64,000 nt of DNA from an uncultured Methanomicrobiales archaeon. GTDB taxonomy: Archaea > Halobacteriota > Methanomicrobia > Methanomicrobiales > Methanospirillaceae. Position numbers and translations under genes: made by a program. Positions 47,968 to 58,347 of the stretch are shown piece by piece. The stretch's first letter is position 1. Each line of letters opens with the position of its first letter. Location of the stretch: assembly GCA_963758915.1 (NCBI GenBank), contig CAVWXH010000016.1:1-64000 (forward strand). Direction: 5' to 3'. Under the pieces are notes generated by a model. The model was not told the DNA's origin. It saw nothing but the letters and a program-made list of their open reading frames with translations, and made no database searches.

Positions 47968-49005
47968 TTATAATTGCGGTTTGGTTTTCAGTGCCTCAAC
48001 AATCAGGCGGACACCTTCTTCAATGTCCTCCAAATCAAGAACTTCGACTGGTGAATGAATATACCTGGTAGCAATTGATATCGTTGTGCTTGGGATACCC
48101 CCCCTGGTCAGGTGTATTGCCGTGGCATCTGTGGTACCCCCGCTTCCAACTTCGAGCTGTACGGGGATGTCATTTTTCTTTGCCGTCCCGGATAACCATG
48201 TTACAAGGGCCCTGCTCGCAATCAGTCCGCGTCCCCCTGCATCAACAATAGTAATTACCGGCCCCTTTCCCATCTCAATATTGGCGTCCTTCTTTTCGAT
48301 GCCGGGGTGGTCACCAGGGATGGTGACATCGGTGGCGATTGCACAATCGGGATCGAGCGTGTAGGAGCTGGTCCTTGCACCTTTCAGCCCTACTTCCTCC
48401 TGGACCGTGAACACAGCATACACCGTATGGGGAGATTTCATGGTCTTCACCGCTTTGATCAGCATCGCGACACCTGCCCTGTTATCGAATGCTTTTCCTG
48501 TCACGCGACCGTTTGCCAGCTCAGCAAATTCGCGGTCGATAGTAACAGGTGTACCGACTGCAATCCCGAGTTCCCAGACTTCATCAGCATTGTTAGCCCC
48601 GACATCCACAAACATATCGTCGGTCTTGATTCCTTTTTTTCTTTCTTCCTCTTCCATCATATGAGGTGGTTTTCCGCCGATTACACCGTAGACCTTTCCC
48701 TTTGATCCATGGAATATGACCCGCTGGTTATAGAGTGTCGGGGCGTACCACCCGCCGAGTGTGACAAACCTGATAAAACCCTTATCATCTATGTATTTTA
48801 CCATCAGGCCAATCTCATCCATATGGGCTGCAAGCATCACCGAAAACTTACCCCCTTTTTTTACGGCAATCAGGTTACCCATCGGGTCTTCCCTTATCTC
48901 ATCAACAGAGCCTTTCAATTCTTTTTTGACAATATCGTAAACGCTTCCTTCACTGCCTGATACACCGTGGGCATTGGATAATTTTTTAAGAAGTTCTTTG
49001 ACCAT
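47968..49005 (-). CDS. M42-family (TET/FrvX-like) aminopeptidase
   Basis: GVSGSE; AAHMDEIG; KAFDNRAG; TVQEEVGLKGA; GGTTDA; RYIHS. Confidence 0.93.
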   Translation of the reverse strand: MVKELLKKLSNAHGVSGSEGSVYDIVKKELKGSVDEIREDPMGNLIAVKKGGKFSVMLAAHMDEIGLMVKYIDDKGFIRFVTLGGWYAPTLYNQRVIFHGSKGKVYGVIGGKPPHMMEEEERKKGIKTDDMFVDVGANNADEVWELGIAVGTPVTIDREFAELANGRVTGKAFDNRAGVAMLIKAVKTMKSPHTVYAVFTVQEEVGLKGARTSSYTLDPDCAIATDVTIPGDHPGIEKKDANIEMGKGPVITIVDAGGRGLIASRALVTWLSGTAKKNDIPVQLEVGSGGTTDATAIHLTRGGIPSTTISIATRYIHSPVEVLDLEDIEEGVRLIVEALKTKPQL

Positions 49006-49109
49006 AGCACAGGTACTATTACTTCTTGGACCCTATCAACAGTTCGATGTAAAAACGTGCATGAAGCCAGATGGCTCCCGCACCGAAGCAATGAAAATTT
49101 GGAAATAAC

Positions 49110-49374
49110 GGCTTTGTTGAAATGCTCTAAAATCTATCTTTAAGATTAGGTTATTCCAAAATGTAATCACGCTCCCGGGGCTCATGGCCCGCCGCTTTGG
49201 CGACCCCGATTGGGATAGGGAATGATCGCTAAATGACTGAAAATTTTCAGGTACCCTTCAGTTGAACCCTGCCCCAGTGTATCTTAATGGGGGTGGGACA
49301 GGGAGGGGGCGAAACCCCCTCCTGTCTGAGCAGTTCTGTTATTTTTTTATTCCGCGTAGGATTTCTAAAGAGCC
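49110..49374 (+). mobile_element. MITE-like element, copy F (core only)
   Basis: Ends GGCTTTGTTGAAAT and ATTTCTAAAGAGCC; exact 7-bp flanking duplication AAATAAC. Confidence 0.85.
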
Positions 49375-49692
49375 AAATAACATTTTTCACTCCCAGTGCG
49401 TTGTTGGATCCAAAATTTCCAATGAAAATTCCATCTACAATTTCATTCTTTATGCCCGACCGCAGGGCGGTCATAGGCGGTTAATATGAAAATTCACCCC
49501 GGCATTTTAATTTTGCATGATTTTGGATTTTTGGTATCATGTCTGTTTTCATGAAAAAATGTATAGCAATGTGCCCGGGGGCCCCTGGTTCCCGGTTATG
49601 ATAACCCGGTGACCAGGATGAAAATAGGGGGCCGGGGATTACCGGTTATGGACGGACCCGGATTATCTGCCTGTTTACCATGTTTTAAAAAA

Positions 49693-50787
49693 TCAGAGGG
49701 CCGCTTGTATCCGCTGAATGGCCTCTTCAAGAGTTTTACGGGGGGCTGCATAGCTCAAACGGGCATAGTCAGGGGCATTCTTTCCGAATGCACTGCCGGG
49801 TACAATTACAACACCCTTCGAAAGAACCCGGGAGATAAGGGCCTGGTCCATCGGGACAAAAGCATAAAACGCCCCCTCAGGAATAGGAAAATCGATACCC
49901 ATGGATTTGAACCCGTTGTAGATAAGGTCCCTTCGTGCCTGGTACTCCTTGTGCATGGCGGCCACCGCTGACTGGTCACCCGTATAGGCTGCCAGAGATG
50001 CATATTGTGAGATTGACGTTGCACAGGCCTGGCAGTACTGGTGGACCTTCACACATGGGGTAATATATTCTTCAGGTGCTGCAAGGAAGCCCAGACGCCA
50101 CCCTGTCATAGCATAGGTCTTACTTACCGCGTTAACGGTTATTACATCATCACCAAAGGCTGCCGCGCTGATGTGTTCCTGTCCGTAAATAAAATGCTCG
50201 TATACCTCATCTGATACTATCGTTACACCTGCATCCATGGCATATTCAACGATATCCCTGATCGTTTCCTTGTTTTCAACTGCACCTGTCGGATTTGCAG
50301 GAGAATTAAGAACGAATAACCGTGCCCCATCCATTACTTCCTTTGCCTTCTCCACGTCAATGTGAAGTCTATTGTCAAGGGGTACTCCTTCCGGACGCCC
50401 GCCTGCAATCGATGCAAGCGCAGCATATGACACGAATCCCGGGTCTGCAAAAAGGACCCGGTCACCCGTCTCAACCAGGGCCTGCATAATCAGGTGCAGC
50501 GCCTCGCTTGCACCGGCAGTGACAATTACCTGATCAGGGGTATAGGAGAGGTGGTTTTCTCTCCTGAATTTTTCACAGATCGCTTCCCTCAACTCGATAA
50601 TACCGGTATTGTTGGTATACCCTGTTTTGCCGTCACGAATTGCCTGTATTGCAGCTTCCTTGATATGGTCCGGGGTATCAAAGTCAGGCTGTCCGAGCCC
50701 GAGATTGATAGAACCGGGCCCGGCCGATTCGAATAATTTTCTGATACCCGAGACCTCGATATCTTTTACACGTCCTGCGATTTTCAT
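49693..50787 (-). CDS. Class I/II PLP-dependent (aspartate-type) aminotransferase
   Basis: NLGLGQPDF; NSPANPTG; SDEVY; SKTYAMTGWRLG. Confidence 0.92.
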   Translation of the reverse strand: MKIAGRVKDIEVSGIRKLFESAGPGSINLGLGQPDFDTPDHIKEAAIQAIRDGKTGYTNNTGIIELREAICEKFRRENHLSYTPDQVIVTAGASEALHLIMQALVETGDRVLFADPGFVSYAALASIAGGRPEGVPLDNRLHIDVEKAKEVMDGARLFVLNSPANPTGAVENKETIRDIVEYAMDAGVTIVSDEVYEHFIYGQEHISAAAFGDDVITVNAVSKTYAMTGWRLGFLAAPEEYITPCVKVHQYCQACATSISQYASLAAYTGDQSAVAAMHKEYQARRDLIYNGFKSMGIDFPIPEGAFYAFVPMDQALISRVLSKGVVIVPGSAFGKNAPDYARLSYAAPRKTLEEAIQRIQAAL

Positions 50788-50811
50788 CCTGTTCCTCCGT
50801 TTTCAAATCTC

Positions 50812-51411
50812 CTACTCGATATTTGTATGGCGGTTTTTGAGTTCAGTCTCATCCGTTTTTGTGATCTCCATCAGGCGGGAGACGACGGCATCGGCAAATA
50901 TCATGGATGCTGTCTCAAAAAGGGTGCCAAGTGGTGCGAAGGATTTATGGTCCCCCATCATCTGCCGGATCTCAAACTCCTCCGCGTCATCCTTCACCAC
51001 GTCCCGCTGGTGCTCAATGATCACCATGCAGTCTGCAATTCTTCCAATTTTTGAATCCGGATTGGACGTGATAAGGGAAATTCGTCCTCCTATATCCTTC
51101 GCGGTTTCTGCGATATCTGCAATGGTCTTTGTTTTTCCTGAACCTGAAAAGACGACGAGCAGGTCTCCGGGTTTCATTGCAGGGGTAATCGTCTCACCTA
51201 CCACGTAAGAATGGAGACCAAGGTGCATAAGTCTCATTGCGAAGGCTTTTGCAACCAGCCCGCTCCTTCCTGCACCCATAATAAAAATCCGCTCGGCTTT
51301 CAGTATTTCCGTTAAAAAATTCTCAATCTCTTCTTCAGAGAGTGAACTGGCGATAGACCTGATCCGTTCCACCATCAGGTGCATCATTTCCTGTACTCGA
51401 TGATCAGGCAT
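50812..51411 (-). CDS. hxlB: 6-phospho-3-hexuloisomerase
   Basis: GAGRSGLVAKAFAMRLMHLG; VGETITP; SGSGKT; APLGTLFE. Confidence 0.95.
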   Translation of the reverse strand: MPDHRVQEMMHLMVERIRSIASSLSEEEIENFLTEILKAERIFIMGAGRSGLVAKAFAMRLMHLGLHSYVVGETITPAMKPGDLLVVFSGSGKTKTIADIAETAKDIGGRISLITSNPDSKIGRIADCMVIIEHQRDVVKDDAEEFEIRQMMGDHKSFAPLGTLFETASMIFADAVVSRLMEITKTDETELKNRHTNIE

Positions 51412-51610
51412 GAGAAGTCCCATAAAAAGATCCCACTACAAAACAGATGAGCATTTCGTAATATCCGTACTATCCCGGGTCGGCCCGGATCCTGATCCAT
51501 GTCTCCAGGGATTGGACTGGATAGAAAAGAGCCTTCAGGGACTTATACCCATTTATGACCTGGATGGTCATGGGATGCTCTTCTGGTCATTAAAACCGTT
51601 TGGTTATTCT

Positions 51611-51850
51611 GGCTTTTCTAAAAAACCCCTCAAAATCTATCCGTCAAATCGGGGAATTCCAAAGTTAGTCAAGCTCCCGGGGCTCCGACTTCCAGCTTTG
51701 ACGACCCCGGTTTAGACAGGGAATAATCATCTGAATCAATGAAAATTTTTTAGGATTTTACAGTTGAACCCAGCCTGAATGAAGCCTTAAACGGTGTTGG
51801 ATAGGTAAACCCCCCTCATCCATGAGCAATCCGGTTAACTTTTTTATGGT
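51611..51850 (+). mobile_element. Degenerate MITE-like element, copy G (core)
   Basis: ggcttttctaaaaaacccctcaaaatctatc..gctcccggggctccgacttccagctttgacgaccccgg..taaacccccctc. Confidence 0.65.
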
Positions 51851-51875
51851 ATGGATATTCCCAGTTCACACCGCA

Positions 51876-53417
51876 TCAGGGATAATCCTGCTCCCGGTGG
51901 CAATAGTATTTCTCAATTGTGCCATAGGGAACTAGTTTTCCTTCCAGGAGAACTGATACCGGTCCGTGACCCCCGCAAACCAGGCAATTTTTCCCAGCCT
52001 TTTCTAGTTTAAGGTTTGTTTGAGAGACAATTTCAAATAGTGATTTTCTTTCACGCTTTGCGATATCACTGTCCACATTTACCGAGGTAACAAGGAACGC
52101 TGCAAGCGAGCTGTATGCTGCCCGGTCACTCGTGAGATGCTCGAAATTAATCACGGTGTCTGCAGTAAAAATCAGACCTGCCTCTTCATTGAACAGGTAA
52201 ATTTGTCCGTACTGGTGGCCTCCCAGTCCTTCGAGTACATGGAACTGAAGGTTACCTATTGTAACCTGATCAATAACAGGGAATAAACCAATTTTCTCTC
52301 CCTTTCCTTCCCTGAAAAGGACTTCTTTCACGGGAGGATTGAACCTGGAAAACAATCCTATCAGCCTCGTATACACCTCCTCAAGTATGGACTCCTCGCT
52401 CCGCGATCCATAGGCCCTGTTTGCCTCCCTGATTATTTTTTGCGTTCCCTTGTGCATCAGGACCGGGACATGGTAAAAACCGGTTGCACCGCAGTGGTCC
52501 GCGTCTGCATGTGTGACAATGATTTTTGAGAGTTTTCCCGGCAGGAGAAGATTGCAGGCACAGAGCATCTCCTGGATATCGGGATGATAGATCCCATACC
52601 CGGTATCTACGATTACCTGCTCTTCAGGTGATGAAAACAGGTAGACGCTTCCCCCGCAGGGAGGCTGGAAACAAAAAAGGTCCAGGTCCCTGTTCACAAC
52701 GATGTGCTGGATATCCGCATAAAAATGTTCCCCTGATGTTGTTTTCAAGCTTTTTCCTGTTGTGAGTATACTTTCGAATACCTCTTTTGGTGACTCCCCG
52801 AGACTCATAAGCTCCTGGACAATATGGTTAATATCACCAAGCAGTGGGAGGAGGAAATCATCAGGGGAATCCCCGATAAGGTCCCGGATGGACTGGGCGA
52901 AACGGAGGTAAAAAACCGTGTCATCCAGGTGCGCACCTGAATCATCATATTCAATCACCTCTATCCGGTATTTTGACCGGAGTGCATCAAGAAGCCTGTC
53001 AGCTGCCTCGTTTTCTTCGAGGTTCAGGCTGATGGTGAGCCGTTCCGGGTGTCGCCCCTTGTCGTCAAAATCTATATAGGCAATATTTGCATGGCAGGAA
53101 GTGGTGTAATTCAGAAATTCGAACAGGGCACCCGGGCAGTGAGGGAGGTAGACGAACATCTTCAGGAAGCTCAAAGGTTTTAATGAAGTCTGCAGATAAC
53201 CCAGCTCGTCAAGATCCTTTATAATTTTCCGGTAGTCATCTACACCGGCGGTCATTTCAAAAAACACTATAAAAGGGTCGATTCTGCGATCAAACTGGAT
53301 CCGATTGATATTGCCCTCATATTGTTTCACAATTTCTGCGGCTTTGTGGAGTGAACCCGGCTTATCTGGTACACGGGCAATGAATGAATAACGAGCAGGG
53401 GAATTACCTTCTGACAT
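51876..53417 (-). CDS. Two ACT-like domains fused to a metallo-beta-lactamase-fold hydrolase
   Basis: PDKPGSL and PHCPGAL (ACT-like); VDTGYG; THADADHCG; GH; FTAD; GGHG. Confidence 0.8.
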   Translation of the reverse strand: MSEGNSPARYSFIARVPDKPGSLHKAAEIVKQYEGNINRIQFDRRIDPFIVFFEMTAGVDDYRKIIKDLDELGYLQTSLKPLSFLKMFVYLPHCPGALFEFLNYTTSCHANIAYIDFDDKGRHPERLTISLNLEENEAADRLLDALRSKYRIEVIEYDDSGAHLDDTVFYLRFAQSIRDLIGDSPDDFLLPLLGDINHIVQELMSLGESPKEVFESILTTGKSLKTTSGEHFYADIQHIVVNRDLDLFCFQPPCGGSVYLFSSPEEQVIVDTGYGIYHPDIQEMLCACNLLLPGKLSKIIVTHADADHCGATGFYHVPVLMHKGTQKIIREANRAYGSRSEESILEEVYTRLIGLFSRFNPPVKEVLFREGKGEKIGLFPVIDQVTIGNLQFHVLEGLGGHQYGQIYLFNEEAGLIFTADTVINFEHLTSDRAAYSSLAAFLVTSVNVDSDIAKRERKSLFEIVSQTNLKLEKAGKNCLVCGGHGPVSVLLEGKLVPYGTIEKYYCHREQDYP

Positions 53418-53603
53418 CTGAATAAAAAATTAGACTCCTGTTTCGATATACATTCTGGTCTGCAGAAGGACCGGTTCTCCCCGAAGGCGAACGCATTTCC
53501 TTCCCTTCCGGCCAATCAGCGGAAATTATTATATATCTTCGTAATAGAGTGGGATAGTAATACCCGCCGCAATAGTTAGGGCAGGAAAAGAGGGGGCCCC
53601 TGA

Positions 53604-54389
53604 TTGAACCAATTAAAAATAGTTATTGTTGAAGATGATCCCATCCTCTGTGATCTGTTAAAAATCCGGCTTGCAAAACTGGGATATTCCGTTACGGGTA
53701 TGTTTGCAACCGGGGAAGATGCAATACGGGAAATTTCAGAACACACCCCGGATCTAGTCATTATGGACGTCACCCTTGTTGGTAAGATGGATGGGATCGA
53801 AACTGCACAGCAGATCCAGAAACAATGTCCTATCCCGGTTGTATACCTTACAGGAAGCACGGACCAGCAAACCTTTGAGCGGGCGAAAGTTACTGAAGAT
53901 AGTGAGTACATCATCAAACCGTTCAGCGACAGTGATCTCCATATCGGTATCGAGATGGCCTATCATAAGTTTGGTCTGCATAATAAGACGAAAAAAAAGC
54001 AAAAATTCCTTGAAAATATTATTAAATTTTCAGGAATTGGCATTATCACCACTGACCGGGAGGGAACTGTTATTATTGCAAACCCTGCAGCAGAATTATT
54101 GACCGGGTTTCATTTCCATTCCTCAAAGAAAATTAAATTCGGTGAAATGGTGAATATAACCGATGAAAAAGGCCATAAGATTGAGAGTCTGGTGGAAGTT
54201 ACCAGGGCTGACCTCTTAGTCCGTGACCTCCCTGGATCTGCGGTCCTGGTCGTAACAGACGGGACAACACTTCCTGTCCGGGGTACGGTATCACCCCTGA
54301 CAGAAGGAGACCGGCAGTTTAACGGAATTATTTTTACCTTTGCCCCGGTGACACGGGAACATATTTTGGGTTTTTCAACGACAGTATAA
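53604..54389 (+). CDS. Response regulator (receiver plus PAS domain)
   Basis: IVIVEDD; PDLVIMD; MDGIE; YIIKPF; IITTD..G..ANPAAE.LTG. Confidence 0.88.
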   Translation: MNQLKIVIVEDDPILCDLLKIRLAKLGYSVTGMFATGEDAIREISEHTPDLVIMDVTLVGKMDGIETAQQIQKQCPIPVVYLTGSTDQQTFERAKVTEDSEYIIKPFSDSDLHIGIEMAYHKFGLHNKTKKKQKFLENIIKFSGIGIITTDREGTVIIANPAAELLTGFHFHSSKKIKFGEMVNITDEKGHKIESLVEVTRADLLVRDLPGSAVLVVTDGTTLPVRGTVSPLTEGDRQFNGIIFTFAPVTREHILGFSTTV

Positions 54390-54423
54390 TACTTTTAATC
54401 CGGTAGTACCTGACCCTTATAAA

Positions 54424-54774
54424 GGCTTTGTTGAACCCCTCTCAAATCCAGTTTGCGGATTTGGGTATTGCAGAATTTCGTCATGCTATCGGGGCCCCGC
54501 CCCGCTGCTTTGGCGGCCCCGGTCTATAGGAAATAATCTTCAACTCTCTGAACATTTCTTCCAATGCTCCAATTGAACCCTGCCAATGAATATGTTATCA
54601 GGAGTTGGGCAGGGAAGGGGTGAAACCCCTTACTGTCAATGTATTCCCTCGTTTTTTAACTAAGCAGGGTTTACCATGTACATGACTAAACGGACCCAGT
54701 ATATGGAAATTTTGAACGAGGCATTTTCATAGCCCTGGTGTGAACTTCCCGTTCATATGTGTTTCAACAATGCT
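54424..54774. mobile_element. MITE-like element, copy H (core forward, L-module reversed at the far end)
   Basis: GGCTTTGTTGAACC..core..gcagggtttacc..tgaacttcccgttcatatgtGTTTCAACAAtgct. Confidence 0.82.
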
Positions 54775-54819
54775 CTGAATGCTTAAAATAATGGGAAAAA
54801 CCGGTGCTGTACGTCCCGT

Positions 54820-55131
54820 TTACGTCTCGTTTCTGAGTTCTTCATACTCCATCAGGAGCGACCCGAAAATTATTTTTTCCAGTACCTGCGCGACATATTT
54901 TATATGCTGTGACCTCTCGAGGTCCTCATACCGGTGAATATCCGAATAAATCTGGAGCCGGATCAGAGCGAAGCGGAACCGATCAAGTGCGTCTTCATCA
55001 AATGTGATCGCAGTCCGGTAAATCGGTTCGATCATATCCGGGATCATCCGGATGTCATTGAGGCAGGTGATCACATCATCATAGATATCGATGGGTTTCT
55101 CCCTGCCACAAAGGACCCTCATATAATCCAT
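54820..55131 (-). CDS. Hypothetical protein
   Basis: 103-aa ORF directly abutting the Mrp gene on the same strand. Confidence 0.7.
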   Translation of the reverse strand: MDYMRVLCGREKPIDIYDDVITCLNDIRMIPDMIEPIYRTAITFDEDALDRFRFALIRLQIYSDIHRYEDLERSQHIKYVAQVLEKIIFGSLLMEYEELRNET

Positions 55132-56016
55132 TTATTGCTCGACCACCTTCACCAGTGCTTCCATGAGTTTGTCTACACTCTTCCAGGTGGCATTTTTATC
55201 ATGATTAATAAGGTAAGGACGACCTTCATCGCCGGCCTTTCTCATTTCAGGGTCGATCGGGATGCTCCCAAGGAACGGGACGCCAAATTCATCGGCAATC
55301 TTTTTCCCACCTCCCTTCCCGAAGAGATCAATCTCTTCATGGCAATGCGGGCAGACCATCCCGCTCATATTTTCTACAATCCCGATAACCGGCAGTCCTA
55401 ATTTCTGGACAAACTTGATTGCCTTCTTCGAATCGAGTGTTGCAACATCCTGTGGTGTGGTGACAATAACGGCACCTTTTACATTTGGTGCAAGCTGGGC
55501 AATCGTGAGTGCCTCGTCACCGGTCCCGGGAGGGAGATCCACAACAAGGAAATCAAGCGGGCCCCAGTTGACTTCTTCAAGGAACTGGTGGATCACACTC
55601 ATCTTCATCGGACCACGCCAGATTATTGGCGTACTTACATCAGGGAGGAGAAAAGCCATCGAAATGACTGCCAGGTTACCGGTGACATGGACCGGTTCAA
55701 TCATTTCACCCAGTGCTGAAAGCTTATGTTCCTCGATTCCAAGCATTTTAGGGATATTAGGTCCGTGGATATCGAGGTCAAGCAGACCGACCTTATAGCC
55801 ATGGCTCGAAAGTGCAAACGCAAGGTTCACAGAAACGGTTGATTTTCCGACCCCTCCTTTTCCTGAAAGTACAAGGAGTACATGTTTTACATCGATCTTT
55901 GCTTTCTGGTTACATTCAGGTCGCTGCCCTTTTTCTGCGGTGTTACAGGTCTTACAATCTTTCGTACAGGGTCCTTCCTGAGCGTTGGCTGCCTTTTTTT
56001 CCTTCTGTTCCGGCAT
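55132..56016 (-). CDS. Mrp/NBP35 Fe-S cluster carrier ATPase
   Basis: N-terminal Cys cluster; SGKGGVGKS; D.DIHGP; WRGP; DLPPGTGD; VTTPQ; ENMS..CPHC. Confidence 0.95.
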   Translation of the reverse strand: MPEQKEKKAANAQEGPCTKDCKTCNTAEKGQRPECNQKAKIDVKHVLLVLSGKGGVGKSTVSVNLAFALSSHGYKVGLLDLDIHGPNIPKMLGIEEHKLSALGEMIEPVHVTGNLAVISMAFLLPDVSTPIIWRGPMKMSVIHQFLEEVNWGPLDFLVVDLPPGTGDEALTIAQLAPNVKGAVIVTTPQDVATLDSKKAIKFVQKLGLPVIGIVENMSGMVCPHCHEEIDLFGKGGGKKIADEFGVPFLGSIPIDPEMRKAGDEGRPYLINHDKNATWKSVDKLMEALVKVVEQ

Positions 56017-56279
56017 TTTTAGTCCTCACTCTATAGCAGATTTTGTCTCTTTCTATAAGGACACCCGTCCATAAATAAATACGTATCAGACTCTTTAAAC
56101 GGCACCAGGGGCAGGAATTAGCGCCTGAAATTACTACGTGAGATGGAGTGATGTATTGTTGGACCCTAAAAAAAACCTGTAAAGTTCCTGATGCAGTATA
56201 TATTCCCCTGGCAGTCTGATCCGGTCACCAGATTTAAAACCGCATAATGATTGGGAGGATACTTACGAACGGACGGTCA

Positions 56280-56720
56280 CTACAGGAGCTCATGTTGACG
56301 GTCCAGTTCCAGGTTGCAGAGCCTGTCTGCCTGCCTGATGTAATGGTTTTCCCGTGGTACGGATTGATAGGTAACCTGTTCAAACCTTCTGGCAAGCGCC
56401 GATACGTCCCTGTGCAACTCCGCAAGATGAGATTTTTTTACTTTATATGTCCCTGATAACTGCCGCATGACCAGTTCACTGTCTGAACAGACATGTACTG
56501 CCCCACCCGTGACAGGTGCAAGCCATTGCAGACCATGAATGACAGCCTTATATTCTGCCACGTTGTTCGTGCTGACCCCCAGGAACCCACTTTCTTCGTA
56601 GAGAATCGTCTCCTCATTTATAATCAGGAACGCATAAGAGGCGGGCCCGGGGTTTCCCCTGGATGCCCCGTCAGTATAGCAGAACAATCCATGTTCGGGG
56701 GTGTAGCCGGGATATACCAT
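56280..56720 (-). CDS. rnhA: Ribonuclease HI-family protein
   Basis: YTDGASRGNPGPA; TNNVAEY; DSELV..Q; VPRE..ADRL. Confidence 0.88.
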   Translation of the reverse strand: MVYPGYTPEHGLFCYTDGASRGNPGPASYAFLIINEETILYEESGFLGVSTNNVAEYKAVIHGLQWLAPVTGGAVHVCSDSELVMRQLSGTYKVKKSHLAELHRDVSALARRFEQVTYQSVPRENHYIRQADRLCNLELDRQHELL

Positions 56721-56961
56721 GTTCAGATCAGGTTACAGGAGTACAAATCATCATAGTGGAATAATCTTGTTACTTATCTCCAAGATCGCCAAGGTATGAA
56801 TCGGATACCTGAAGGAACCGGTATGATTGATACCGGTGATGGTATGAAATACGTGATTTCCGGCCTCCTGTCAACGTTCCATGGTATCATTTTCGTTTTC
56901 CCTGGTGAATGGCAAAGTTGTGCAAACCCGGGATGATATATAGCAGTACTGATAAGATGGA

Positions 56962-57426
56962 ATGATTACTATGGTCGGACATCTCCATGTATCGCTGGAT
57001 TTTCTCGAGTTCCCACCTACCTGCACCTGTGACGGGGGTGATCAGTCCCCACGCATACATCTGCACGGGCTTGACGCTGCATCAGTAGCGGTCTGGGTGG
57101 TAAACCCTTATATTCGCTCTTGTTGTTCATTCACTCCCTGGCTGGTCTGGAATATTCAGCCAATGGCGATTATTCCCGGAACTATACCAAAAATTCCCCG
57201 GGTGACCTCCCCAATCGCATGTTACCAGGGAATAAATGATCACGGGATCACCGGGTATACCGGCCCGTGTCCACCGCCCGGTGAGTCCCACCGATACCAG
57301 TTCAGGGTATATGGGCTTGACAATATGCTTGAAATTCTCCCGGGAAGTACGAGCCACGAACTGGTGGCTGCGATGAGGGGTCATGTTCTCCAGTATGGCG
57401 AAACAATTGCACTGTATACGAGGTAG
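56962..57426 (+). CDS. YbhB/YbcL (PEBP) family protein
   Basis: TCDG.D.SP; WLVWNI; YTGPCPPPG..HRY.F.VYGLD. Confidence 0.88.
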   Translation: MITMVGHLHVSLDFLEFPPTCTCDGGDQSPRIHLHGLDAASVAVWVVNPYIRSCCSFTPWLVWNIQPMAIIPGTIPKIPRVTSPIACYQGINDHGITGYTGPCPPPGESHRYQFRVYGLDNMLEILPGSTSHELVAAMRGHVLQYGETIALYTR

Positions 57427-57558
57427 GTGCCGGACCGGACTCATGTGGTGAAATTCCTCATCCGGCAATCAGGCGTGACAACAGGCAATATTATCTGAAG
57501 AATATTCTTTGAGGCGTTACCCAGATACCTTCATTAGTCAGGAGACGTTTTTCTCAGT

Positions 57559-58019
57559 ATGAAAGAACTCAAAATAATAGTATCCGTACATACGCTGCCC
57601 CCTGCCTATACCTGTGATGGAGAGGATAAATCACCACCTCTTGAAATCCATGGGATTGATAATTCGGTATCAAAATCACTTGCCCTGATCATGAACGACC
57701 CTGATGCACCGGGTGGAAAAGGGTTTGTGCACTGGTTAATGTGGAATATGGAACTGGTCTCTGTTCTTCCGGAAGATATCCCGAAAGAGACCGCCATTAC
57801 GTTTCCAATCGGCGCGCTCCAGGGCATGAACCATTTTGGAAGGATCGGGTATCGGGACCATGCCCTCCGCCGGGAAAGACACATCGCTATGATTTCAAAG
57901 TCTATGGGCTCGACATAATTCTTAGCCTGGCCCCCGGTTCCGGGAAAGATGAGGTAATCAAGGCATTAGCAGGGCATGTGGTTCAATATGGGGAGGCATC
58001 AGTACAATATGGTCGTTAG
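57559..58019 (+). CDS. YbhB/YbcL (PEBP) family protein (one frameshift)
   Basis: YTCDGEDKSP; DPDAP; VHWLMWN; GPCPPPG..HRY. Confidence 0.88.
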
Positions 58020-58347
58020 CGGTTGTCCGTGAACTAACCGTCCTCTGTTGTTGAATTCAGGGAGTATCAGCGCACTATAAACGGGCCAGGCCACTATGAA
58101 ACGGGTTACCATAAGGGAAACGTCCCGCTTCGAGGATATACAATACGGGGACCTATGGCGGATACATAGTCCTGAAGGTCCATCCGGTGATATTGATAGC
58201 CAGTTAAACCGGGCGGCCTTATCTGTACCATAACTCCGTTCCGGTATTCCATGAATTCAACCAAAGGCCCCGAACCCTGTTTGATGTGACTATCAGCCCC
58301 GGTGACAGGATGCATCATCTTATACTAATAACAGCCAAAATTATCGT

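Noticed and set aside
49572-49668. Short CCGGTTATG repeats and palindromes
   Set aside because: Too short and irregular to support a specific call.
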